Source of the DNA: Octopus vulgaris
Taxonomy: Eukaryota
NCBI GenBank assembly: GCA_951406725.2
Contig: OX597817.1
Coordinates: 97,464,001-97,528,000, forward strand
Direction of reading: 5' to 3'
DNA: 64,000 bases
Shown: one piece after another, positions 49,300 to 62,839 of the stretch
Position numbering within the stretch: the stretch's first letter is position 1
How the letters are laid out: the number at the start of each line of letters is the position of its first letter
Notes under the pieces: generated by a model
Seen by the model: the letters and a program-made list of their open reading frames with translations, nothing else
What the model was told of the DNA's origin: nothing
Database searches by the model: none
Program-made: the position numbers and the translations under genes

Positions 49300-52200
49300 T
49301 GTGTTCCATAATACAGATAAATCTCTCTGAAAAAACATTCTGACATAAACTTTAAAAATACAATTGTTCAATACACGCCGGAAATGTTTGAACCGAGAAA
49401 AGAACTACATCACATATGCTAGTAGAGTTAACAGAGAATGTGAAAAGTTCAAACTAGATAAATTAACGCCAGATATGTTCAAGTGCCTGATATTTACTCA
49501 GGGACTAACGGCAGAAAAAGACACAGAAGTAAGAACAAGAATTCTCGCTAAGCTGGAATAAAACCAAGTGTCAGAAGAGTGTGAAAGAATAGTAAATTTA
49601 AGACACAACTTCAGAGAAAATTGAGCATAGACACTGCTCCCAAGTGAAATAAGTGCATCAGAAAATACTGATATGGAGGTCAGTTCGGAAACTGAGTGCT
49701 ACAACCCACTTTTGTGATTTGGCGTCAGGGAGACGGGTAGACCTTTTGTCCTGTCGGTTTTTGGGGAGGTTTATGTATTCGGAAGAGACCTTTGGCCCTG
49801 TTCCGGTCAAGGAAAGTTTGAGAAACCACCCTTTTAAAATGCGACGCGCTGTGAGCTTGGGGTCAGTTGGAGTCAGTCGTCAGTCGGGAACAGAGCGAGT
49901 CGGCAGTTGGCAACGGGGCAGTTTTGGCCAGAGACAGGAGTGATACGGACGGTCAGCCAAGAAGGTGGCGATGGCGATGGCAACTACATCGTTGAGAAAG
50001 ACAGACAGACAGTGAGAGGACTGAGAGCAAGAGAGAGGGATTACAGCAGATAGAAGGCAGTGGCTATTATGGTAGGAGTTTCTGAAATTGTTGCAGACTG
50101 GAAAGAAACGTTCAGTAAAGTTTTGTTTGTGTCTTTTGGTTGTTGTATTTTGATGTGAAATGTAAAAGAAAGAATTGATGTGTTAAAAAAAAGGGGAAAG
50201 AACTGTGAATTAAGGAAAAGCGGAAGAAAAGAAATGAGATTGTGAAAAGAACATTGTGAAAAGAATTGTGTTGTTGAGTTGTGTTAAAGAAAAAAAGAAA
50301 GAGAAAGACTTTAATGTATCGTGAACATTATTTGATTGAACTGTTCTGATTTGTCTCTGTGCACGCTTTGATTTTGTTGATTCTGCTGCATGTATTTTCT
50401 TTGATGTATTTGATGTTGTAATGATTGTTATAAACTGTTTTTAAAAGTAAGCCAATTGCCTTCCGCCGTCTCTCTGTATCTCTTCCTGCTGTTGTTGTTG
50501 TTCTCTCCGGTCGCCGGTTGCCGAGTTCGCTGCCATCCCCACCACCATTTTCTCTGTGGCGGATTCCGTTCAACTGAGCCTGGTCAATCGTCGTCGCTCG
50601 ACTTAGTAGGGTCCTGGGTTCGAGTTGAGCGACGGCAGGTTCGTAACAATACAAAACAGAATAGAAATTAAGTGTGTACTAAAATACAGTACAAACAGGA
50701 CAAAAGTCAAGAAACAAACCCATGTTTGCATGTAGAGGATTACACCTGAGAAAAAAACAGCACATTTAAGAAAGCGGAATGTTTCCATTGTGGACAAATT
50801 GAAAATGTAAAAGCACACTGTAAAACCAAACGAAGGAAAAAGAATAAACAAGATATCGAAAGAAAATACTAATGTGACAAAGCGGAAATTCATAAATGTG
50901 AAAATTAAAAATATAAGAGTAAAAATGCAGTTAGACAGTGATATTACTACTGTGAATGAAGAAACTTGGAAGTATATTGGTAAGCTGAAATGAAGTAAAT
51001 CTACAAAAGCAACACATGGTGTTATGGGTAAAAGATTGTATTTTGTCTGTGAATTTGTGTGTAATGTGACATTTCATGACCAAATGTAAAAGGCAAAAAT
51101 ATATGTGTTAAAAAATTCAGTTAATCTATTCAGCACAGAGTGGATGGAATTGTTCAAATTTGTGGAATATGCCCATAAGTGTTTTGTGTGGGAATATAGT
51201 CAGTTCAGTCGAAGGTTTGAATGGTGCTGAGGGATTGAAATGAAAAATAAAACATTTATTTCCGGATGTTTTCTCATATGAACTGGGCTGCTGCACGAAA
51301 ACGAAGGCAAAAGTTGTAGTGAAACGAAGTGCAACACCTGTATTTAAGCAAAAACAGGATTACCATTTGCAGCAATAGAACAAGTAAATAAGGAACTTGA
51401 GAGACTTGAAAGCCTGGGAATAATTGAGAAGACAGACCATTCAGATAGCGCAGCAACTAAGGTCTATGTAAAAGAGAAAAATAATAAGTTGAGAGTTTGT
51501 GCAGATTTTTCAACTGGGTTGAATGATTGCTTAATCTCACATAACTACCCGATGCCAAGTCCTGAGGAAATGTTCCCAAAATTGAATGGAGGGAAATTCT
51601 TTTCAAAATTAAATCTCTCAGAGGCATATTTACAAATCCAAGTAGAAGAATGCTCACACTTATTAACCATTAATACACACTGGTTTATTTAAATTTAAGC
51701 AGTTTCCCTTCAATATAAAAATGGCTCTTCTCATATTTCAGCGAGTAATGGATACAATGATGAGTAACTGTGATTTTGCTATTGCCTATTTAGACTATAT
51801 CCTAATAAAAAGCGAATCACATTAACAACATGTAGAACATGTAAAAAGGTTATTTGAAAAGATAAGAGAATATGGCTTCAAATTAGGTGAAGTAAAATGT
51901 GAGTTTTTTCTGAAAAAAAATTAAATACTTGGGCCAGATAATAGATAAAAATGGACAAAAACTGGATCCATCCAGAGCAACTGCAATAAAAAATATGCCC
52001 ATGCCAAACAATGTGACTATGCCTCAAGTATTTTGGGGATTAGTACATTACTATCAAATTTATATTCCCAATATACACAATGTAAGGGCCTCCACCCAAT
52101 GATTTGTTAGAGAAAAATGCAAAATGGTGCCAGAAGGCATTTGACAAATTAAAAATGACTTATTGTTAACACATTTTCATCCAAAGTTGGATATTATATT

Positions 52201-53850
52201 GGCTACAGATGCAAGTGATTATGGTGTAGGAGCTGTGCTCTTGCACAAATATGATGATGGGAGTAAAAAGGCTCATGTGTCACAATCATTATCACCAGCA
52301 GAAAGGAACTAGAGCCAAATAGAAAAGTAAGCATTAACACTCATATTCAGTGTGAAAAAATTCTATAGATTCATTAATGGAAAAAGTTTTTGTCTACAAA
52401 CGGATCATTGCTCACTACTGGCAATATAGAGTTCTAAAAAGGAATACCAACACATACAGCAAATAGATTACAGCAATGGGGCACTACATTATTGAATTAC
52501 GATTACAAAATGGAATATTTACCGTAAAAAAAACAAGGACATGCAGATGGTTTATCCAGACTGATACCGAAACACAGTGATCCATTCAAAAATACGGTAA
52601 TGTCAACATTAAGATCAGGAGAAATAATAAATATAATGTGGAATGTGGTATGTGAATTACCAGTAACCTTTGAAGACATAAATCAAAATGCAGAAAAGGA
52701 CAAATTCATAACAGAAATGAAAAGAATACTATAGACAGGAAAAGGAAATGGGAACCAGATAGGTGCAAAACGAAATCAAGACGGGAACCTATAACTCAAT
52801 TTGTGATGGCATACTGATGTATGCACAGAGAGTAGTAATACCTGAAACATTGTAAAAGAAAATGTTGAGGGAATTTTATGTTGGACATCCTAGTATTTTG
52901 AGGATGAATGCTTTAATGCGAAGCTATGAGTACTGGCCAAAAATGGATAGAGAAATCAAAAATTTAGTGAAAGGCTGCAGAGGATGTGCACTAGTGGCAA
53001 AATTACCGATGATAAAAAGTGAACCTTGGCCAAAAGTAGATGTGCCCTGGTCAAGACTACATATCGATTTCACTAGTCCCTTAAATAGTTCATAGTATTT
53101 AGTGGTAGTAAATAGTTTTTCTAAATGGCCAGAAATTTATAAGTGTAAGAAGCCAACCTACTCAACAGCAACAAACTTTCTATATGAGCTGCTTGCAACA
53201 TTTGGCATCCCAGACATGATAGTGTCTGACAATGGAACGCAATTTGTGTCTTTTGAGTTTAAAAAGTTTTGTAAAACATTCACTGTAGAACATGTAACTA
53301 CAACGCCATACCATCCCAGATCTAATGGACAAGCAGAATGCTTTGTCGATACGTTTGAGAGAGCCCTAAGAAAGTTGAATAAGGAAGTCATGGACGAGGT
53401 GGCTCTACAACAATTCTTAAGAGTATAACATGTGACACCAAATCCAAATACACCAGCAGGTATGACACCAGCAGAGCTGATGTTTGCAAGGAAAATAAAA
53501 TCAGTCTTTGACAAATTACTACCTGGTAAGAAAAGAAAAATTGCAATGGATAAAACAGCAAGATATTTCAAAATTGGTGAAAATGTATTTGTTAAAGTAT
53601 ATAAGAATGGAAAACTAGAATGGAAGATGGTGTGATTACCAAACGCATAGAAAAAATACCATACTTGGTAAAAGGAAGAAAAGGGGTATACAAAAGACAC
53701 ATGAACCAACTAAAAAAACGATTTGTTGACAGCAAACTCAAGAGAGTGGAAGAACCAATGGAATGGGTAAGAAAAAGAAAATGTTCGGAGTTCCTGGAAG
53801 TGGATGCCATATGAAAACAATATTAAATGTGTAACTGTATGGGGGTGATG
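49300..53850 (+). mobile_element. Decayed Gypsy LTR retrotransposon internal region (gag-PR-RT-RH-IN, K02A2.6/Mag-like)
   Basis: gag RVNRECEKFKL..FKCLIFTQGL; RT LRVCADFSTGLN, FSKLNLSEAYLQI; RNase [15 protein letters not shown]; integrase PWSRLHIDF, IVSDNGTQF, PYHPRSNGQAE; PPT-like GGGGGTGA-TG at 53841. Confidence 0.9.
49669..50648. mobile_element. Solo LTR (~980 bp) inserted in the Gypsy gag
   Basis: TG...GTTCGTAACA termini, ATAC TSD at 49665-49668 and 50649-50652; gag coding sequence resumes after it. Confidence 0.8.
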
Positions 53851-53859
53851 TAAAATTTA

Positions 53860-55387
53860 TCTATATATATATAAAATTCTTTGTCTGTCTGTTCCCTATG
53901 CATTCACCAAATCAAATCAAATTTTACAAGGTAACAGTATTAGACCCCGTGAGTAATTTTTATTTTCATTTGGATTAAAACAATATAACACTTTATCTAA
54001 AATAATCTTTCTATAGTCAACTATAGTAAAGGACATTTTATACTATGTGGACGACGACACCACATTTTGTATATGAGTGTGTGTGTCTGTGAGTATGTGT
54101 GCACGTTTGTTGCGTACGACATAGTAAAGGACATTTTATACCACTACCACCACCATGACACATTTTGTATATGAGTGAGTATGTGTCTGTGAGTGTGAGT
54201 GTTGGTGCTTTCCTTACGTATGAGATAATAAAGAACATTTTATATGACGACAACACATTTTGAGTATGATTATGTTTGTACGTTCGCTATGTATGACATA
54301 GTAAAGGACATTTTATACCACAACAATGATGATACATTTTGTATACGAGTGTGTATGTCTCTGTGAGTGCGCATTTGCGCATTCATTACATACAAGATAG
54401 TAAAGAACATATTATACCACCATAATGATGAGACAACACATTTTGTATGAATATGTATATGTCTGTTAGTGTGTGTTTGCACATTTGTTACGTAAATGTA
54501 TGTCTGTCTTAGTATATGTATGTGAGTGTATGTGTGTGTCAGTGTGAGAGTGTATGTATGTGTCAGTGTATATGTGATTGCCAATTACACTGATGTAAAC
54601 TGGCCATGTGAAAGAGCTATACTGGCTCTAACTAATGAAATGGTTGATAAACTCAATCATGAACTTCTTCAAAAGTTAACAGATACATCAGAAATGACTT
54701 TTCCATTAATTCACATAACAGTCAATCAAGATCAGGTTGTTCAATACCCTGTTGAATTTCTGAATGCACTTAAACCCACTGGGATGCCACTGCATAACTT
54801 GTCACTAAAGTTGGATGCTTCCATTATGTTGATCAAGAATCTTGACCCACCTCGTCTGTGTAATGGAACTAGCTTAATTGTTACCTCCATGAAGCTCCAT
54901 GTCTTACAGGCTACAATCATAACAAGCAGTCACAAAGAAAAATGTATCTTTATTCCAAAATTTCCTCTCATAGCTACAAATGTTCCATTTGAATTTAAGT
55001 GGCTTCAGTTTCCAGTCAAACTAAGTTTTGGTATTTCAGCTAACAAGTCTCAGTGTCAATCCCTCAATGTAGTAAGACTTCATCTCTCTACTAAATGCTT
55101 CTCCCACAGCCAACTCTATGTTGGTTGCTCACAAGTTGGAAGCATCAACAATTTATTCATTTGGACACCAACAAAAAAATTACACAATAAATATTTTTTA
55201 CCCTGAAGCGCTTCAAGATTGACAGATTTTCAGTTCTAAATTCTGTTATCATTACAATTTGGATAATTTTAAATAAAATATAGATATTTTTAAATAATTA
55301 TGAGAAAAAAATATATCTTCATATTTATCGTTTACTAATCTGAATAAGAACAGCAATAACCCAGGCAATGCCAAGTAATTCAGCTAG
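53860..55387 (+). mobile_element. Non-autonomous Helitron with Pif1-like helicase C-terminal fragment (54560-55206)
   Basis: A|TC start, 3' degenerate hairpin + CTAG|T; ERAILA, YPVEFLN, NLDPPRLCNGT, QFPVKLSFGISANKSQCQSL, QLYVGCS. Confidence 0.88.
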
Positions 55388-57004
55388 TCTATAGTATATA
55401 TAATAAAATGGAAGGTGTGTATGTGTACAGGCCATTTTCTTGATCCCCTTTAAACTCAATATTTTTCATCTGATTTTGTTCACACTGGGAACACACATTA
55501 CTTATGTTCCAAAGATGGTCACAGACTCTTCAAATTTTCCATATAATGAGTAATGCCACCCCTAGAGGATGAAAACACCTTCTCATAGGTAAATAACAAA
55601 TACCAACGATCATTGCTTCAAGGGACATTATTCTTGATGATGTAGTTATGCTACTTTCACTTCATTTTCTACTACAGTTTTTACAAAGCCCATTCACAGC
55701 AAACCGCCAATATTTGCACATTAGCACTTCCTTTAAATCAACTTTTTAATTATATTTTTAAATGCCTTCAGAAATTAATCCATATTATATATATTCCCTG
55801 CTTTTACTCATACAAAGTTGTGGCAGTTATACAGTTTTTACAATGCCCATTCAGTGCAAACTACCAATATTTGCACATTAGCACAGGGCTATTCTTGCAC
55901 CTACAAATGTAGCTGTCAACACTCTTAACTATGAATTACTCAGTTAGCTACCTTCTCAAGAACATTGTTACAGATCAGTTGACACCGTTACTTATCTTGA
56001 TCAGGTTACACACTTTCCAACTGAATTTCTCAACTCCCAACATCCTCCAGGATTCCCTCCCTATGAACTTCACTTAGAAGTCAGTTGCCCTGTCATCTTC
56101 CTAGGCAGTCTAAATGCATCCGCACTATGAAATAGAACTCATCTTGTGGTGAAACGAATGATGGACCATGTCTCTGAAGCCCAAATTATCATGGGACATG
56201 ACAAAAATTCTGCTAACCCCAACATATTGCCCCTACCATATGTGGAGACTTCGGTTCCCTCTTAAACTCAGCTTCGCCATGAAGGTCAATCACTGAAAGT
56301 TGTCATATTGGACCTTCAAATGTTATGCTTTTCATATGGACAATTCTATGTTGGTTGTTCCAGAGTTGGCCATCCAGACAACTTATTCGTCTATGCTCCT
56401 AAAGGAAAAACCAAAAATGTCATCTACAAACCAGCCCTACAGTAGTTACTCTTCTACTGCAATCTTCACATCTATGCCGTTAGCGATCAGACTTCCTACA
56501 AGCATTTCATTGATTTTTGCTTCATTTCCGTGACTGTTGTTAACAGTATATTACCTGCAATGACCCTTTACGCATGCTGTTCACTTATAAGCATGCTCTG
56601 ACATTTATTTTTGTACATGCCATTATTCTATTTGTGTGTTTGCTATAAAATTATGCTTTTGTTTATCATACATGACTTTGTGTTGTCAGACATTATGAGT
56701 AAAATAACTACATGCTACAAAACACTTCAGGTAAGATATAGGATCCCTAATGCCTACTGCAATTGCGATCTCATTTCATGGACTTTCATTTATTACTAAC
56801 CATCAAATTTGCATTCAAAAAACTTTATTCATTACCTAGGTTGCTTAATACCATATAATAAACTGCTAACGAAATTGGTAATTATACATTTTATACTTAT
56901 CAACTTGAAACGACTTCTAACTGCAGGCTAATTCAACTTAAACCATCCAAAGGAGTGTGCTTTATAATAGATTACACTGTCCAAAGAACTGGTGCAGTTG
57001 CTAG
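55388..57004 (+). mobile_element. Second, different Helitron abutting the first, with another Pif1 fragment (55880-56440)
   Basis: TC start immediately after CTAG; RAILAPTN, FPTEFLNS, GQFYVGCSRV; ends CTAG|T at 57001-57005. Confidence 0.82.
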
Positions 57005-57049
57005 TTGCTAATGAAAGAAATAGAATTACACTCCCTAAGAAAAAAAGAA

Positions 57050-57250
57050 AAACTTAAAAGAGGAGATGTTATGGAGATAATAGTAATAATGGAACATCCT
57101 TCCCATGTGACAAGTGGTATGTGATAGTCACTACAAATACGGTGAGTGTCAGTTGAGTAGTAAATCGAGATAGTCATGTCTTATTTGTCTAACTAACTAT
57201 AGTGCTATATTGGAGTGGACATTATAACAGTCCGACGTCGGATTACAACA
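57050..57250 (+). mobile_element. Putative PPT plus short LTR remnant
   Basis: AAAAGAGGAGA then TGTTATG (57067)...TACAACA (57250). Confidence 0.4.
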
Positions 57251-57990
57251 GTAGGTTAGCTTTCTAAGACAGTAGACGGCATTCAACTTTGAGATATTGC
57301 TTAATGAAATCTAGTTCAGTGAGAGTGTTTAACACAGTCCATCACTGATTGAAACAGTATAATAGAGTCTATTTGAGTGTGACAGTCTGAATGTTAAAAA
57401 TGATGCTGTAATCATATATGATGACAATTTGATGAAATTAAAAGAAATATGACTCATGATGTCAGATGTAGCTAGTTTGAACAAACAGCATTGTTATCAG
57501 GGTAGCTGGATTTTACTGTTTTAATTTATTCAATTAATGAAGATGGGATGGCCCCATCAATTTTTTTCAGGTTTATTCAAAGTAGTTGATGTGAGTAGGG
57601 ACAATGTGAATGTGGCAGAAAGATTGGATGAAATATTTAATGTGAGGGTGAGACACAGAGGAACAAAGATCATTGTAGAAGTAGTGGGGAAAAAACAAAG
57701 AGAGAAGAAACAACATTTTGGCTGTTTCGATCTTAGCAATGTGTGTCTGCATGTGTGTGTGTGTGTGTGTGTGTGAGTGAGTGTGTGTATATGTGCATGT
57801 ATGTGTAGCAGCTGCACTGTCCTAGAGAGAGAGAGAAAGTAGTTGTAGTAGTACTCTATATGAATCACATTTTGTAGAGGATAAGTAACTCATCAGGGTT
57901 GAAATTCGACATTCTGAAACTGAAGAGGAAACTTAACCCCTTGGAATGCAGTTTTGACAATGTTAGAGATACGCTCAAGGAAATACTCAC

Positions 57991-58134
57991 CTAAATATCC
58001 ATTCTGGACATAAAAGTCTTCAACCCACTGGTTTTGTGTTCTAACAAATATGTTGGGGTGATAGGTCCCTTTCTCTCTTTGGCCAGTAATTGAACCATTC
58101 AATCGTCCTGAACCCACTAATTCTTCAACAATTG
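57991..58134 (-). CDS. UFL1: UFL1 exon (SIVEELVGSGRLNGSITGQREKGTYHPNIFVRTQNQWVEDFYVQNGYL)
   Basis: ttacAG/GTgagt; 144 nt, phase 1 to 1; matches UFL1 SVLEELVNSGRL...SRTQSTWVDSFFRQNGYLE. Confidence 0.95.
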
Positions 58135-59058
58135 CTGTAAAAGATGAGAGTTCATATTTAAGGTTTTAGATATTCATAACTAGGATTCCGTCAGGGGATA
58201 ATGATACATCACATTCAATACATTATTTACTTTTAAAACTTAATATGGTAGACTGGTAGAAATGGTAGAGCAACAGACAAAATAAATTGCAGTACTTCCC
58301 CTTATGGTCTGAGTTCAAACCTTGCTATTGTCATCTTTTACCTTTTAATCTTCCTATGTCGATAAAATAAAGTATCAGTGAAGTGCTAGGGTTGATACAA
58401 TAATTGCACCCTTTCCTCAAATGTGAAGCGTTGTGTCTCGTTTATTCCTTTTATTTATATTTGTTTCAGTGATTGAACTGTGGTCATGCTGGAGCACATC
58501 TTGATGGTTTAGTCAAACAAACTGCCCCCGGTACTTATTCTACAGGTCACTTTTGTCGAACTGTTCAATTACAAGGACATAAACAAACCAACAATGGTTG
58601 TCACATGTGGTGGAGGGGGGGCATAAACACGCAGACACAAACACATATACACATACATAAACACATGTACAAGGCTTCCTCAGTTTCTATTTACCAAATT
58701 CATTCACAAGGCATTGGTTGGCCTGGGGCTATAGCAGAAGAGACATTCCTAAGATGCCATACAGACATAACTATGGTGACTGTGAGAGAAGGAGACATCC
58801 AAAATTTGGGACAAGACATTTATTGAGCAAAAGCAACCTGAAACATTGGATTCTTTCCACTCCTTACAACTTGGCACTGCCACATCTTGTTTCTTCTAAT
58901 CCTGGATTTTATCTTATAAATCAATAATTTTAATGTATGTGTGTTTTGTCTCAGCTTGATTAAATAATTTTGACAATTTAAAACAATATGAACTAAAATA
59001 TTAGTGATACGTCCATGACATGGCAACTTATATTCTACAATACAGTAACAGGTGCTAG

Positions 59059-59560
59059 ATCATCATCATCATCATCAACATTTAACAACTGTTTTCCATG
59101 CTGGCATGGGTTGGACGGCTTGACAAGAACTGGCAAGGACAAGGGTCACGCCAAGTTTCATAGTCTGTTTCAGCATGGTTTCTATGGCTGGATGCCCTTC
59201 CTAACAACAACTACTTCACACTTTTTAAGTGACATCATCACTACTGCTTTTAACGTGGCACCAGCACCAGTGCTTTTTTATGTGGCACCATCACCAGTGT
59301 TTTCAATGTGGTACCATCATCAGTGCTTTTTATGTGGCACCATCACCAGTGCTTTTTATATGGCACCAGTACTTTTTACATGGCACCAGTACCAGTGCTT
59401 TTTACATGGCACCAGTACCAGTGCTTTTTACATGGCACCAACACCTGTGCTTTTTACATGGCACTAGCACCAGTGCTTTTTATATGGCACCAGCACCCAC
59501 ACCAATGCCTTTTACACGGTACCTTGGTTTTAGGATCTCAATTCTGTCATAGCAAGTGGG
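59059..59560 (-). mobile_element. RTE 3' UTR fragment with ~25-bp tandem array
   Basis: (CAT)n tail, RTE terminus, repeated CAGTGCTTTTTACATGGCACCAGCAC. Confidence 0.8.
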
Positions 59561-59953
59561 TCTTCTCATAATGTTGATATATGTTACTGTAAAAAGGAAT
59601 CATCATTGACATCATTAGCCCCCACTATCATCAATTTAGCATCTGATTTTACACGTCAAGAGAGATTAAGAAGGTCTGCATTAAAATATTTATTATAGCT
59701 TCATCAGAGGAGGAGGGGCACAGTGCCATTTTTAAAGATTTTGAGACTAGTGGGAGAAAAAGAGTTTTTTTCTCAAACCAAAGGCTTCATTCAAATCCTT
59801 GTAACAAAATATATAGCACTAAAGGTGGTACATCAAGTCAACCAACTGGAAAAACTGGTTCCTTTTCTGTCATTCCACCATACTAGCTAATTGAAATGTC
59901 ACAAATAATTTCATAAAACAACAGAAAATACAGAAACAAGCAGTGAAACTTAC

Positions 59954-60012
59954 AGTAAAACATTTGATCTTGGAAGTTATGTTTACGACGCACATTGTAT
60001 AAACTGGTTGGT
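59954..60012 (-). CDS. UFL1: UFL1 internal exon (PTSLYNVRRKHNFQDQMFY)
   Basis: tttcAG acceptor and GTaagt donor; 59 nt, phase 2 to 1; peptide resembles the vertebrate UFL1 segment [20 protein letters not shown] (recalled from memory, not aligned by computer). Confidence 0.9.
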
Positions 60013-60807
60013 CTGAAAATAAACAAACAATTTTAACTCATTTCATACCAACCCATCTGAGACCATCACCTCTCATTCTATGTTATCAACCTGAGATCAC
60101 CTCCTCTTCTTCAACACCAATCCATTTAAGACCACCTCTCATTATATCTCACAAAACTTGCTTGTTTTAAAGTGTTCATCAACATCATTATCTTTTTAGT
60201 GTTCACTTTTACAGGAGTGCATGGGTTAGAAGGCATTTGTTAAGGCACATTTTTGACAGACAGATACCCTTCCTGTTGCTAACCCTTACTAGTTTCCAAG
60301 CAAGGTAATATTTCTCATGATTTTACAGAAGAATGGAAACATCACTGCTTGCATAACAATGGCACTCATTCACACATTACATAAAAATACATATACATGC
60401 ATATACATATATATGACAGGCTTCTTTTAGTTTCCATATTCCATATCCACTTATAAGGGTTTGTTGGCCCAAGACTTAAGTAGAAGACACTGCCCAACAT
60501 GCTTCACATTGGAACTGAGCCTGAAATAATGTGGTTGGGAAGCAAACTTCTTAACCATATAGCCTTACCTGTTCATATATATATTTGTCTTCCTTCATAA
60601 TCTTATGTAAGAACCTCTTTTTATATTCCAAATACCAAATGAATACAAAGTTGATTATTTTACTAAATCCCAATCAAATACTAGATTATTTTCAAAATTA
60701 ATTGAAACATATACATAGTGTATTTCAATAGAAATATGATTATAAAATGCATAAACTGTTAACCAGTATTATGTTGTACTCTATTTTCTGGTAATAGCTG
60801 TCACTCT

Positions 60808-61290
60808 TATTATTATTATTATTATTGAGTGAGAGAGCAGTGCATGCCATCTAAGTGACACTGGGGTAAAATATACAAAGCCCAGTATACCCATCATGAC
60901 TACCCGTCTGATAAGGGTACACCAGGCACATCCATGACAACCATATGTGCGCGACATGGTGATCTCATATCAAGATAAACAGCACATGACCTTGCAGTTG
61001 GGGCCCAGTTAGAATTTTCTTCTGGTTGAGTAGCCCGTCCCGCTCAAAAGGTCCCTGAATAAGGATTGTTTAAGGATGTTGAACGAACCACCCATGTTTC
61101 CAAAGGCGAATTATCCAAACCTCCAAGAATTCCTTTCAACACACAGCTATAATGCTCCCCCACTACTTCTGCTCATGATCAGAGATGCATATATCGTCAG
61201 CCACTAAGGGACATGCTCAACTGGTTAAGGTCAAACAACTGACAAGCAAATCTGTGGGTATTGAGCAGAATATTTGCTGTAACCCATCTT
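60808..61290 (-). mobile_element. SINE-like dispersed repeat with (TAA)n end
   Basis: Partial second copy at 62660-62835; flanked by TAA microsatellites; strand inferred. Confidence 0.6.
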
Positions 61291-61307
61291 TATTATTATC
61301 ATTATCA

Positions 61308-61339
<32 letters not shown>

Positions 61340-61349
<10 letters not shown>

Positions 61350-62450
61350 TATGTTTGACTTTTACTTTACATTTGCACAAGCTGGCTCCAAGTCTCACCC
61401 AGAGATCTCAAGAGACAAGTTGGAAGTTCATGTTGGTGCTATGCCTAGGGTGCTATATATTTGGTTTTGTACTTAGTGTTGTACTAGTGAATGCCTAAAA
61501 AACCATATGAAAATTATGTTTGTTTTAAAACTTGAGATTACAAAGAAAGTATTTTGCGTAGGATATGAGCAGTTCCCATGAGCACTATCTTTTGAATTTC
61601 TGCCATTTTGGAGTTTCCTGGTATCTGAGTTAGGTCGCAATCAGCCCCTTTTGCTATCATTCCCAGGGCACCTATGACAACAGGTATTTTGCTGATTTCT
61701 ATTTCCAGATCTTTATATTTGCTCAGTTTCTGGTAGGTCTTGACAGTCATATCAATGAGGAGGCATGATTTTTGTCTGAAGTCTTTTACTATGATGTCTG
61801 GCCTATTCGTGTCTATCTTTCTGTCAGTTTGAATGGTGAAGTTCCAGAGGAGTGAGATGTGGTCATTTTCAAGCACTGGAGGTGGTTTGTGTTCCCACCA
61901 GTTTTTATCATGGGGCAAGTCCAGGCTTCTGCAAATTACCCAGTGAAGCTATTGTGCAGCTCTATCATGCCTGTTGAGATACTCTGTAGGTGCAAGAAGA
62001 CTGCACTTGGAGACAACATGATCAATGGTTTCATTTTGTTGTTGACATACACAACATGTTGGGCTACTGCTGTTCTTTAATATGTTGGCCTGGTAGTTCC
62101 TTGTAGGTAGGCATTGATCTTGAGCTGCTATGATAAACCCTTCTGTTTTAGATTTTAAGCCAGAGGCCATTAGTCATTGATGGGTCAGGGCTCTGTCAAC
62201 ATCTGCATTATTCACTCTCTTTGGGTATTTGCCATTGAGAGGTTTTTCTTGCCATTTATCATTCAGAATATCTAAGGCAGCAGTTTTAACACAGGTTTTC
62301 ATGCGCTTAGCTTTTTCAGTGCTTGTTTCTTGTGTGTCTAATTCTGGAATTTGTTGTATTCGGAATTCACTTAGATATTCCTTTGCCTGTTTTGTTACTG
62401 AGTATGATGCTTTCTTGTTTTCATGTTTTGTGACAAGTTTTATTATTATT
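61340..62450 (-). mobile_element. R4/Dong-clade non-LTR retrotransposon 3' part (CCHC finger and restriction-like endonuclease)
   Basis: IIAAQDQCLPTR, CCVC...ETIDHVVSKC, YLNRHD, NRPDIIV...LIDMT..K..KYKDL, PVVIGALG; (TAA)n on both sides. Confidence 0.9.
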
Positions 62451-62839
62451 ATTATTAATTAGGGTAGTATGCTTAGCAGCATTTCTTCCAGCTTAATGTT
62501 GTGAATTCAAATACTACCAAGGTCAACTTTCCTTTCATCCTTCCAGAGTTGATGTAACTGACTAGCCCCATCCCTCAAAATTACAGGCGTTGTTCAAAGG
62601 ATTATTTAGGGTGATAGACTGCCAGTATCATTAAAGCATCAGACAAAATGCCTTGCAGTATAACAACCACATATGCACGACATGATGATCTCATATCAAG
62701 ATAAACAGCACATGACCTTGAAGGTGAGGCCCAGTTAGAATTTTCTTCATGTCGAGTAGCCCATCCCAATCAAAAGGTCCCTGAATAAGGGTTGTTTAAG
62801 GATGTACAATGAAACACCCATGTTTCCAGAGGTGAAAAG

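Noticed and set aside
54526-55206. Host PIF1 helicase gene
   Set aside because: C-terminal fragment only, degenerate motifs, bounded by Helitron TC/CTAG ends
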